From an uncultured delta proteobacterium (lineage in GTDB: Bacteria > Myxococcota_A > Polyangia > Polyangiales > Polyangiaceae), in contig CAWKKR010000007.1 in assembly GCA_963850305.1 (NCBI GenBank), forward strand, positions 1,024,001-1,088,000: a stretch of DNA of 64,000 bases, in the 5' to 3' direction. Under the pieces are notes generated by a model, which was not told the DNA's origin, did no database searches, and saw nothing but the letters and a program-made list of their open reading frames with translations. Within the stretch, counting starts at the first letter, position 1; the number at the start of each line of letters is the position of its first letter. This document shows, one piece after another, positions 9,870-18,692 of this stretch. The position numbers and the translations under genes were made by a program.

Positions 9870-9976
9870 TTCAGGTGGTCTCCGTCTGTCCTACTTGTGC
9901 CTACATACCCTAAAGTGGAACGCGGATGTTGTCGCGTCGCGGCTGCTCTGTAAATCTGTGAGTCGCTCGCAGAGCC

Positions 9977-11554
9977 ATGCGCACCCTCCAGGAGATCCAG
10001 CCGGGCCAGACCCTCGGACGGTACGAATTTCTCGTTCCGATCGCCGAAGGCGGAATGGCGTCCGTCTGGGCGGCGCGACTCAAAGGTTCGCGCGGCTTCT
10101 CGAAGACCGTCGCGGTGAAGACGATGCTGCCGAGCGTGTCGGACGACCCGCAGTTCGAGCAAATGTTCCTCGACGAGGCGCAGCTCGCAGCACGCATTCG
10201 GCACCCGAACGTCGTCGAGATCCTGGATCTCGGAGAAGAAGAAGAGGTTCTCTACCTGGTGATGGAATGGGTGGATGGCGAGCCCCTGTCGAATCTGCGG
10301 CGGGCGGCCGCAAAGCAAGGAGGGATCCCTCGTTCCATCGCCGTCCGCTGCGTTGCCGACGCTTGTGCGGGGCTTCACGCGGCACACGAGCTGAAAGACG
10401 AGACAGGCCAGCTCGTCGGTCTGGTCCATCGCGACATTTCTCCGCAGAACATCCTCGTCACGTTCGACGGCGTCGTGAAGATCGTCGACTTCGGAGTCGC
10501 CAAGGCCGCGGGCAGATCTGCCGGGCAAACGACCGCCGGTCAGGTCAAGGGGAAGCCGCCATACATGTCGCCCGAACAGGCCCTCGGGGAGCCGGTCGAT
10601 CGACGCACGGACGTTTTTGCGCTCGGAATCATCCTTTATCAGCTGACGACGGGAAAGCACCCATTCCGGGGGGAGAGCGACCTCGTGACGCTGCAGAACA
10701 TCGTCTCGGACCGGCCGATCGTACCCCCTCGCGCGCACGACAAGCAGTACCCCCGCGGGCTCGAAGCGCTCGTCATGAAGGCGCTCGATCGCAAGCGCGA
10801 GCTGCGCTTTCAGTCCTGCGCGGAGCTCGAGGGGGCCATCGACGAGATCTTCGGCACGGAGATCACGCGCGCTCGGACCGAGGACGTGGGCAAGTTCGCA
10901 CGCGAGATGCTCGGGTCAAGAGGCGAGCTGCGACGAAAGGCGCTCACCGATTCCATCCGCGCCGCGGACGAACGAAGCGCCGGTCGCGGAAGCCTCGCGG
11001 GCGTACCGAAGTCGCTCGGCTCGCTCACACCGGCGACCGGCACGCACCGCGCGATCGACGGAGTGGGTTCGACGGACGTTCCGGGCGCGGGTACCGGGAC
11101 GGACCCGCATGGTCACCCGATAACGCCGTTCGGCGCGACGATCCCTGCGCCGATCGGACCGAAGGGGCGTCGGCTTCCCTTCGCGCTGGCGGGAGCCGCG
11201 ATTCTGGCCGTCGTCGTCGGCGCACTCTTCGCGATGAAGCCCGGGTCGCGACCCGAGGGCTCGCCCGCAGCCGGCGGTCCCGTCGCGAGCGCGTCGAGCC
11301 CCGTCGAAGCGCCTCCGCCCGTGGCGAGCGTTGCGTCGGCGCCGACCGTGATCTCCGAGCCGGAAGCGACGCCTTCGGCAACCGCGGTCGCTCCCTCCGT
11401 CGAACCACCGCACAGGAAGCCTGCCCGGCGAGTCGCGCATTTCGTCGTGCCTCCGCGAGCTGGGCCGGTTGCGTCGAAACCCGTTCCAGCACTGCATGAG
11501 GCGAAGACCAAGACGGGCTTCGTGCCACCCCCGGTGTCGGATCCTGGCTTCTGA
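9977..11554 (+). CDS. Hanks-type Ser/Thr protein kinase with a transmembrane segment
   Basis: IAEGGMASV, VAVK, HRDISPQN, DFGVAK, YMSPEQ, DVFALG; a hydrophobic segment and Pro-rich tail follow. Confidence 0.96.
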   Translation: MRTLQEIQPGQTLGRYEFLVPIAEGGMASVWAARLKGSRGFSKTVAVKTMLPSVSDDPQFEQMFLDEAQLAARIRHPNVVEILDLGEEEEVLYLVMEWVDGEPLSNLRRAAAKQGGIPRSIAVRCVADACAGLHAAHELKDETGQLVGLVHRDISPQNILVTFDGVVKIVDFGVAKAAGRSAGQTTAGQVKGKPPYMSPEQALGEPVDRRTDVFALGIILYQLTTGKHPFRGESDLVTLQNIVSDRPIVPPRAHDKQYPRGLEALVMKALDRKRELRFQSCAELEGAIDEIFGTEITRARTEDVGKFAREMLGSRGELRRKALTDSIRAADERSAGRGSLAGVPKSLGSLTPATGTHRAIDGVGSTDVPGAGTGTDPHGHPITPFGATIPAPIGPKGRRLPFALAGAAILAVVVGALFAMKPGSRPEGSPAAGGPVASASSPVEAPPPVASVASAPTVISEPEATPSATAVAPSVEPPHRKPARRVAHFVVPPRAGPVASKPVPALHEAKTKTGFVPPPVSDPGF

Positions 11555-11600
11555 GTATCTTCCGTGTCCGCACCAAGACCATGAACAAGCCGGAGAGTCG

Positions 11601-12632
11601 ATGAACCGTCGCGTGTCCGAACAGAGGCTGATGAGGGTCGGCGCCAGCGCCGCATTGAGCGTCGCAGTGGGGCTCGGCGTCGCCACGGTTGCCGAGCCCG
11701 TTTACGCGCAGAGTCAGCAGGATCTCGAGCGTGCGCGGTCCCTGTTCGGCGAGGGCTTGAGTCTCGAGGCGGCGGGAAACTGGGCGGCGGCGCTGTCGAA
11801 GTTCGAGGACGTGGGCAGGGTCAAGCTCACGCCTCAGGTTCGGTTCCACGCGGCGCGCTGCAACGAACAGCTCGGTCGATTGAGCGAAGCCCTCGGCGAC
11901 TATCGGCTGGCCGAGTACGAGGCCGGGCAAGAGGGGTTGTCGGATCTCTCCGCCATCACCCAGGCGCGCCAGGCTCTCGAGATGCGCATTCCGAAGCTCG
12001 TGATCCGGCGAGGCAAGGGCGCGGAGACGGCCCATATCCAGCTGGACGGTGTGGATCTCGGCGAGGCTCAGATAGGACAGCCCGTCCCGGTCGACCCAGG
12101 CCCTCACACCGTGACCGCGCGCTTGACCGCGGACCGGCAATTTCAACAGTCCACCCTGGTGAAGGAGAGCGAAACGGCGCAGATCGTCCTGGTCGCGCCG
12201 GCGGCCCTCGTGACTCAAGGTGCGCCTGCATCGGCTCCAGTCGTCGCCGCGGCGTCTGCACCGATGTCAGACCAAGGCGCCTCTCCGGAGGCGAGCCACG
12301 CCTCGCCATTGCCGTGGATAGCCGGCGGCGTCGGCGTCGCGGGTCTCGGCGCGGCTGGAGCGTTTTTCCTGATGCGATCGAGCGAAAAGAGCGACCTCGA
12401 CGCCGTCTGCCGCGGAGACGTCTGTCCGAAGTCCGCGGAGAACGATCAGACCAAGGGTCAGCTCTACTCGACCCTGTCGGCGGTCTCGCTCGGCGTGGGC
12501 GTGGTGGGCCTTGGCGTCGCCACGTACCTGTTCGTGAGCCAGCCCTCGGGCGGCGATCACGTAGCCTTCGTTCCGATCGACGTCGCGGCGGGTCCTGGCG
12601 GCGGCTCCGTCACCGTCCGCGGCAGATTCTGA
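11601..12632 (+). CDS. Signal-peptide TPR/PEGA-like protein with C-terminal membrane segments
   Basis: Signal peptide, TPR-like helices (ARSLFGEG..WAAALSKF..ARCNEQLGRLSEALGDY), PEGA-like VDPGPHTV, hydrophobic C-terminus ending GRF. Confidence 0.75.
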   Translation: MNRRVSEQRLMRVGASAALSVAVGLGVATVAEPVYAQSQQDLERARSLFGEGLSLEAAGNWAAALSKFEDVGRVKLTPQVRFHAARCNEQLGRLSEALGDYRLAEYEAGQEGLSDLSAITQARQALEMRIPKLVIRRGKGAETAHIQLDGVDLGEAQIGQPVPVDPGPHTVTARLTADRQFQQSTLVKESETAQIVLVAPAALVTQGAPASAPVVAAASAPMSDQGASPEASHASPLPWIAGGVGVAGLGAAGAFFLMRSSEKSDLDAVCRGDVCPKSAENDQTKGQLYSTLSAVSLGVGVVGLGVATYLFVSQPSGGDHVAFVPIDVAAGPGGGSVTVRGRF

Positions 12633-12637
12633 GTTAC

Positions 12638-14683
12638 CTACGGCGTGGCCTGGCAGCAAACCGTCACGGGTCCGGTCGGTGACGGCTGTCCCTGCGGGTT
12701 GCTCGCCGTCGCGGTGCAGACTGGCCCCGCATTCAAATATTTGTACGAGCGCGTGTCCTGCTCGGTCTTCACGCCGCCACAGCCGGCGGAGCTGAATATC
12801 TGGGTCGGGTCCGCCGGGACTTCCGTGCAGGCGTTCACCTTGCTGAAGTCCAGCGTCGTGGCGCCCGCCGTGCAAGCGTTGTCGGTGTAGGTCGTGATGG
12901 TGCCGCCGCAGCCGACGCTGCACGAGCACGCGGTGCACGAGCGACCTTCCGTCACACCTTGATAATACTGTTCGGCGGGACCTGGCTCCTCCGTCGGGTA
13001 GTCGCTCGGACACGTCTGGATCCCTGAGCGCCAGATACAGAGTGGCGCGCCGAACGGCGCCGCGGGCTTGGGCACGCAAAGCCCACCGCTCGAACAGCCG
13101 CCACCCGTCGTCACGCTCGTCGAGCACCCGACCACGTCGGTAGTCCAGCTCGTCGAAGGGAATGCCGGCGTCCCCTGCGTCGCGGTGCAGCTTCCGTGGA
13201 CGTACGCCCCGGGTGCCTTTTCGAGCAGCGCGCTCTCCGCGCTCGGCGTCGCCTCGCAGAGGCCGAACGTCTGGCACTCGGTCGTCGAAGTGTTCGGGGC
13301 GAACGGTTGCGGGTTCCACGGACTCTGATTCGTGCACGTCTTCGATGTATCGAAGATGAACGTGAGGTCGTCGCAATAGGACGACGGGGCCGTCGTGCAG
13401 CCGCACGCGGGACAGGCGTTGCCCGGCGGCGGAACGACGAGCCCGCTATTCGCGACGAAGGCGTTCCCAGGAAAGCCGCCCGCTGCCCCACAGCTCGGAT
13501 CGGTGCCGGCCGCGCCCGACCAGAGCGCGATGGGACCGTTCCAGCCCGCGGGGGTCGTCCCGCAGGTGTAGCCCGCGGTGCAATCCGGATCCGCGCAGTC
13601 GACGAGGTTATCGCCGTCGTCATCCACGCCGTTCTGGCAGTTCTCGACGAGCTTCTTGCAAGCGCTGTTCACGCAGGCGTAGCCGGACGCGCAGGGTTTG
13701 CCGCAACCATTGCAATTCTGGTTGTCGTTCGTCGGGTTCACGCACGTGGAGGACGCGCCAGTCCCGCATGCGATGAACGGGAAAGAGCAACTTGCCTCGC
13801 AGTTGCCTCCGGCGCAAACCTCGCTGGAGGTCTTGCAGTTCGTCGAGCAGTTGCCGCAGTACTGATCGTTGCTGCTCGTATCCACGCACTGGCCGTCACA
13901 GCGGGTGAGCCCGTGGCAATCCACCAGGCACTGGCTGCCTTCGCACACGAACCCGGCCGGGCACGGCCTGTTGCAGTCCTGACAGTTATTCTCGTCGCTC
14001 GTCGTGTCCACGCAGACGCCGGTCGTCGTCCCTGTCGGCACGCACAGCTTCAGAGTGCCGGCGCAGGGCGGCGCGCAGGCCGTCTTGGTGCCCCCATCTG
14101 CCTCGTGGGTGGTGCATACGTCGGAACCCGTGCACCTGGCGTCGCAATCCCCACAATTGTTCTTGTCGCTCAGCAGATCGACGCATGCGCCGCTGCAATC
14201 GGTCAGACCGACTCCACAATGTGGCCCCGAGTCCATGGCGCCCGCTCCCGCTCCCGCCTCCACGGCTTCGCCGCCTCCGCTCCCGCCCGAGCCCGCGTCC
14301 ATTCGTCGCACGCCGCCCTCGCGTTTGCCGGCCGTGGTGCCGCCCTCGCCAAACACGCCCCCGCCCCCGAGCCCGCCCCCCGAGCTGCCGGCGAAACCTG
14401 CCGCGCCGGAACCGCCCGCAGAAGCGTCCGCACCGCTGGTCGCATTCCCGCCGGAGCCCGCGTCCTTCTTCCCCTTGCCGTAAAAGACGCTGTCGTCGAC
14501 GAACGTGTGGTCCGGAAAGCCGCAGCTTTCAGCCATCACGACGGTCCCGAGCGTCAGGAGACCGAGCGCGATCCCTCTTTTAAGCACCTTCGAGCGCACG
14601 GCGGACAAAGTGCGCCCAGGATAACACGGTCGCATGACGCGGCGGTTTCGATCGATTCCAGCGTTCGCCCGGGTCTCGCGCAC
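12638..14683 (-). CDS. Cysteine-rich repeat surface protein, probable lipoprotein (start uncertain)
   Basis: Signal ending AESC, Gly-rich linker, repeated CVDxxSDxxNCGxC units, and a CQNGVDDDGDNLVDCADPDC motif. Confidence 0.8.
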   Translation of the reverse strand: MRETRANAGIDRNRRVMRPCYPGRTLSAVRSKVLKRGIALGLLTLGTVVMAESCGFPDHTFVDDSVFYGKGKKDAGSGGNATSGADASAGGSGAAGFAGSSGGGLGGGGVFGEGGTTAGKREGGVRRMDAGSGGSGGGEAVEAGAGAGAMDSGPHCGVGLTDCSGACVDLLSDKNNCGDCDARCTGSDVCTTHEADGGTKTACAPPCAGTLKLCVPTGTTTGVCVDTTSDENNCQDCNRPCPAGFVCEGSQCLVDCHGLTRCDGQCVDTSSNDQYCGNCSTNCKTSSEVCAGGNCEASCSFPFIACGTGASSTCVNPTNDNQNCNGCGKPCASGYACVNSACKKLVENCQNGVDDDGDNLVDCADPDCTAGYTCGTTPAGWNGPIALWSGAAGTDPSCGAAGGFPGNAFVANSGLVVPPPGNACPACGCTTAPSSYCDDLTFIFDTSKTCTNQSPWNPQPFAPNTSTTECQTFGLCEATPSAESALLEKAPGAYVHGSCTATQGTPAFPSTSWTTDVVGCSTSVTTGGGCSSGGLCVPKPAAPFGAPLCIWRSGIQTCPSDYPTEEPGPAEQYYQGVTEGRSCTACSCSVGCGGTITTYTDNACTAGATTLDFSKVNACTEVPADPTQIFSSAGCGGVKTEQDTRSYKYLNAGPVCTATASNPQGQPSPTGPVTVCCQATP

Positions 14684-14756
14684 CTTTGCCTACCCGTGCT
14701 CCGGTCCGCCGCGTGTGCGCTCCCGCCGGGTCCGTCAGGGCTCAGAACGACGCATC

Positions 14757-14840
14757 GCTCGGCCCGAATCGGACGTTGCTCGGCTCGAGTCGGTGGTTGC
14801 TCAGCTCGAGTCGGTGGTTGCTCGGCCCGAGTCGGACATT
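14757..14840. repeat. Four tandem 21-bp repeats in a divergent intergenic region
   Basis: GCTCGGCCCGAATCGGACGTT / GCTCGGCTCGAGTCGGTGGTT / GCTCAGCTCGAGTCGGTGGTT / GCTCGGCCCGAGTCGGACATT. Confidence 0.9.
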
Positions 14841-14992
14841 GCGCAGCGTGAGGAGGCCCGCTCCACGACTGAGTCACCGGCCCTTCGCCGATCATTTGAT
14901 GGTGGCGCGGCCGTGGCTCGTAGCATTGTACGGACTAAAGCCGATCAGTCGATGAGGCCCGCCAGATCTGGCGTCACGACGGGAAGGGACGG

Positions 14993-16942
14993 ATGGCAGA
15001 AGGAGCGCTTCTCTGGGAACCGACGGCCGAGGTCGAGGGTCGAAGCCGAGTTCGTCATTACATGCGATGGCTGGAAGCGAAGATCGGACGTCGCTTCGTT
15101 TCGTACGACGAGCTGTGGCGGTGGTCGGTTACCGAGCTCGAGAGTTTCTGGGCGACCCTCTGGGAGTATTTCGACGTGCGATCGCGCTCGCCCTACGAAC
15201 GCGTTCTCTCGTCGCGAGCCATGCCGGGGGCGGAATGGTTTCCCGGCGCGACGTTGAACTACGCGGAGCACTCCCTACGTTACGAGGGGTCGGGAACGGC
15301 CGTCCTGTTTCGATCGGAAGACGGTCGCGGGGGGCAGCTGACGCGGGACGCACTCCGAGACGCCGTCGTGCGCGCCCGCGCCGGGCTCTCGCGCCTCGGA
15401 GTGAGGCGAGGGGACCGGGTCGCGGCGATCTTGCCCAACGGTCCGGAAGCGGTGATCGCGTTTCTGGCGACGGCAAGCCTCGGCGCGATCTGGTCATGCG
15501 CCGCTCCCGAGTTCGGGGTGGAGGCCGTGCTCGATCGGTTCCGGCAGATCGCGCCGAAGGTTCTCATCGGCGTCGACGGCTACCTGTACGGCGGCAAAGC
15601 TTTCGAGCGCAGCGCCGAGCTCGAAAAGATCGCCCAAGGATTACCGTCGACGGAGCACGTGGTGCTGGTCTCGAAGCTGGGCGGTTCCGTCGAGGGCTCG
15701 ATCGCGTGGAGCGAACTGCTCGCCACACCGACGTCGCTCGAGTTCGAGGCCGTGCCGTTCGCCCATCCGCTGTGGATTCTTTATTCCTCGGGGACCACCG
15801 GGCTCCCGAAGCCGATCGTTCAGGGGCACGGCGGGATTCTTCTCGAGCACCTGAAGGCGCTGGCTCTTCACTGCGACCTCGGTGAAAAGGACCGCTTCTT
15901 CTGGTTTTCGACCACCGGCTGGATGATGTGGAACTTCCTGGTCAGCGGTCTCACCGTAGGCGCGACGATCGTTCTCTACGACGGCAACCCGGGGCATCCG
16001 GACCTGTCGGCGCTGTATCGATTTGCGGATGAAGAGCGCGTGACCTATTTCGGGACGAGCGCGTCGTTCCTGCTCGCGTGCAAGAAGGCGGCGATCGTAC
16101 CGAAGAAGCTGGCGAACCTCGACGCACTTCGCGCGATTGGTTCAACCGGTTCGCCGCTGCCCTCCGACGGTTTCGAGTGGGTCTACGACAATGTGAAGCG
16201 CGACGTGCTCCTCGGCTCGATCGCAGGCGGCACGGATGTCTGTACGGCGTTCGTGGGCTCGTGTCCGCTTCTGGCCGTTCATTCCGGGGAGATCCAGTGC
16301 CGGGCGCTCGGGGCAAAAGTGGAAGCGTTCGACGACAGTGGAAGGTCCCTTCTCGGGGAAGTCGGCGAGCTCGTCGTGACCGAGCCGATGCCGTCCATGC
16401 CGCTCTACTTCTGGAACGACCCTGACGGAACGCGGCTCCGCGAGAGCTACTACTCGGAATTCCCGGGTGTGTGGCGCCACGGCGACTGGATCCGGATCAC
16501 GCCGCGAGGCTCGTGCGTGATTTACGGTCGCTCGGATTCGACCCTCAATCGCGGCGGAGTGCGAATGGGCACCGCCGAATTTTATCGGGTCGTGGAGGCG
16601 CTGCCGGACGTACTGGATTGCTTGGTGGTCGACACGGGCTCGCTCGAGCGAGAAGGTAAGCTATGGCTTTTCGTCGTCCCTGTCGCACCCACGCTCGGCG
16701 AGGATGCAATCCGGAGAATTCGCTCCGCGCTGCGCGCGTCCGTCTCGCCGCGACACGTCCCGGACGAGATCATCGGTATTCACGACGTCCCCCGGACGCT
16801 GAGTGGAAAAAAGCTCGAGGTGCCCGTGAAGCGCATCCTCATGGGAGTACCGCCCGAGCGCGCGGTGAATCCGGGCACGCTCGCGAATCCAGACGCCATG
16901 CGCGAAGTGCTTGACGCCGCGCGCCTCATCCGAGGGAATTGA
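14993..16942 (+). CDS. Acetoacetate-CoA ligase
   Basis: [79 protein letters not shown]. Confidence 0.92.
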   Translation: MAEGALLWEPTAEVEGRSRVRHYMRWLEAKIGRRFVSYDELWRWSVTELESFWATLWEYFDVRSRSPYERVLSSRAMPGAEWFPGATLNYAEHSLRYEGSGTAVLFRSEDGRGGQLTRDALRDAVVRARAGLSRLGVRRGDRVAAILPNGPEAVIAFLATASLGAIWSCAAPEFGVEAVLDRFRQIAPKVLIGVDGYLYGGKAFERSAELEKIAQGLPSTEHVVLVSKLGGSVEGSIAWSELLATPTSLEFEAVPFAHPLWILYSSGTTGLPKPIVQGHGGILLEHLKALALHCDLGEKDRFFWFSTTGWMMWNFLVSGLTVGATIVLYDGNPGHPDLSALYRFADEERVTYFGTSASFLLACKKAAIVPKKLANLDALRAIGSTGSPLPSDGFEWVYDNVKRDVLLGSIAGGTDVCTAFVGSCPLLAVHSGEIQCRALGAKVEAFDDSGRSLLGEVGELVVTEPMPSMPLYFWNDPDGTRLRESYYSEFPGVWRHGDWIRITPRGSCVIYGRSDSTLNRGGVRMGTAEFYRVVEALPDVLDCLVVDTGSLEREGKLWLFVVPVAPTLGEDAIRRIRSALRASVSPRHVPDEIIGIHDVPRTLSGKKLEVPVKRILMGVPPERAVNPGTLANPDAMREVLDAARLIRGN

Positions 16943-16951
16943 GGTGCGCCC

Positions 16952-17869
16952 TCATGTGGCGCTTGCCGTCGTGATGCGCTTCCTCGCGATCTGGCATGCA
17001 AGCGGACTGATGTCGATGCCGACGGAACGGCGGCCGAGACGTTCCGCGGCCACCACGGTCGTGCCCGACCCGCACATCGGATCCAGAACCCGGCTCTGTG
17101 GCGACGTCGCTGCCCTCAGGATTCGGTCCAGGAGCGTGAGCGGCTTCTGGGTCGGATAACCCGTCGTTTCTCGGGTCAAGGGGGTGTTCGCGTTCATCGC
17201 CGGGCAATCCGTCCAGACGCTGCCGAGACGACGGCCCTGGTCCGCGTAGTATCGATACGCCTTCCCGCCGATCACGCGCTCACGATACCTTCGGCCCGAA
17301 GGGTCTTCGTTCTGAAAATGCATCCGGAGGCTCGTGTCCGCGAAGGGTTCGCGCAGTGCCGGGTCGGAGGCGTTCCAGAGCATCTCTCCGCGCGAATACA
17401 CGAGGATGGTCTGATGCGTGACGCTCGGCCCCTTGACGCGTCGCGCGCCATTTCCGGGGACCCAGACGATCTCGCCTCGAAAGGCGACGCGGCCGAAGAC
17501 GCGATCCGCCATCACCTTGACGTCATGGACCGCGCGAAAGTCGAGATGGAGAAACAGGCTTCCTCCGGAAGTCATGGTGTCACGCACGCCCGCGAGCCGC
17601 GGTTCGAGCATGGTCAGAAACGAGTCGAGGCCGCCCCAGGCGTCCTTGTAAGCGACTGGCCCCTTGGTCCGCTCCCCCGAACCTTGCCTCGCAGCGCGTG
17701 TCCCGCCCGCGTTGAACGGGGGATCGACGTACACGAGGTCGAACGGACCGCCTGCCGCCGACATGGCGTCAGGGAGCCGCTCCAGGCAGTCGCCCTCGAG
17801 GATCGTGGCGCGCTTCGGTTTCGCGGCGCTGTGCGGCTTGGCAGAGCGGGCTTCACCCCGACGGCTCAC
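16952..17869 (-). CDS. Orphan site-specific DNA methyltransferase (N6-A/N4-C, beta class)
   Basis: Motif IV DPPF near the N-terminus, YPTQKP, and motif I LDPMCGSGTT near the C-terminus. No adjacent endonuclease. Confidence 0.9.
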   Translation of the reverse strand: MSRRGEARSAKPHSAAKPKRATILEGDCLERLPDAMSAAGGPFDLVYVDPPFNAGGTRAARQGSGERTKGPVAYKDAWGGLDSFLTMLEPRLAGVRDTMTSGGSLFLHLDFRAVHDVKVMADRVFGRVAFRGEIVWVPGNGARRVKGPSVTHQTILVYSRGEMLWNASDPALREPFADTSLRMHFQNEDPSGRRYRERVIGGKAYRYYADQGRRLGSVWTDCPAMNANTPLTRETTGYPTQKPLTLLDRILRAATSPQSRVLDPMCGSGTTVVAAERLGRRSVGIDISPLACQIARKRITTASAT

Positions 17870-18692
17870 CGTTCGACTCCAGCGCTGTGACGACGGGCGG
17901 ATCGCGGTCGATTTCCCCGTAGAGCGCGTCTTCGGACTGACGTAGATTCGGAAAGGGGGGGAGCCACTCCCAGCGTGGACCGCCGCCTTCGCAGCCGAGC
18001 ACCGCCTCGTCGGGCGTGCACGCGACGCGGAGGTGGATGTGGTCGTCGTGCTTCAAGCTGTCACTCGGCTGCATGAGGACCGTTTCCGCGCGCCACACGA
18101 GTTCGTCCGGCTCGCCGCGGGCGCGCGCGTAGTCGATCAGCAGGGCTTCGACGTCGCGTGAACAGAACATCCACTCCACGTTGGTCACGCCGAGGAGCGT
18201 CTTCACGAGGAGCCACTCCCGGGGCACGTCCAGGCGAACGAAGGTGTCCGTGCCTTCGATCGGAGCAAGACCATCCGGTCCCATCGGGATGAACCCCGGA
18301 TTTCGCACGGGCGTCCCGTCGAGGGTCGTGACGAACCAAGGCAGATCGACGTCGCGCCCCGTGCGGTGTGATTCGTGGCGCGCGATCCTTCCGCCGGTCC
18401 TGGCGGACAGATCGCCGACGGTAAGCGGCGCCCCCCCGGGGATCTCGTCATGAACGGTCCGCGCGGCGACCTCGACGGCGCGTACGAGCCGAGGATTTCC
18501 CCAATGGTTCGCGCCGAACTTGCGATAGCGCACGAATCCAACACCCTGCACCGGGAGTTCCTCGGCGATGGTGAGGACGCCGTGATACGGCGCACCGACG
18601 GATCCGGCCAGTCCGGGTGCGAGCGGGCTCGGGGTTCCGAAGCAACCGACGCACATTGCCGCGCCCGCGAGGACGCCCGCAAGGCACCTCAC
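17853..18692 (-). CDS. Penicillin-insensitive murein endopeptidase (MepA-like) lipoprotein
   Basis: GDLSARTGG, HESHRTGRDVD and HDDHIHLR (LAS-type Zn motifs); lipobox VGC. GTG start overlaps the plsB stop. Confidence 0.85.
   Translation of the reverse strand: MRCLAGVLAGAAMCVGCFGTPSPLAPGLAGSVGAPYHGVLTIAEELPVQGVGFVRYRKFGANHWGNPRLVRAVEVAARTVHDEIPGGAPLTVGDLSARTGGRIARHESHRTGRDVDLPWFVTTLDGTPVRNPGFIPMGPDGLAPIEGTDTFVRLDVPREWLLVKTLLGVTNVEWMFCSRDVEALLIDYARARGEPDELVWRAETVLMQPSDSLKHDDHIHLRVACTPDEAVLGCEGGGPRWEWLPPFPNLRQSEDALYGEIDRDPPVVTALESNGEPSG

Noticed and set aside
14634..15257. 207-aa ORF with heptad repeats
   Set aside because: Overlaps acetoacetate-CoA ligase out of frame and is Arg/Ser-rich outside the repeat; reported as a DNA repeat instead.
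16952..17869. Restriction-modification system
   Set aside because: No endonuclease or specificity gene is adjacent; treated as an orphan methyltransferase.
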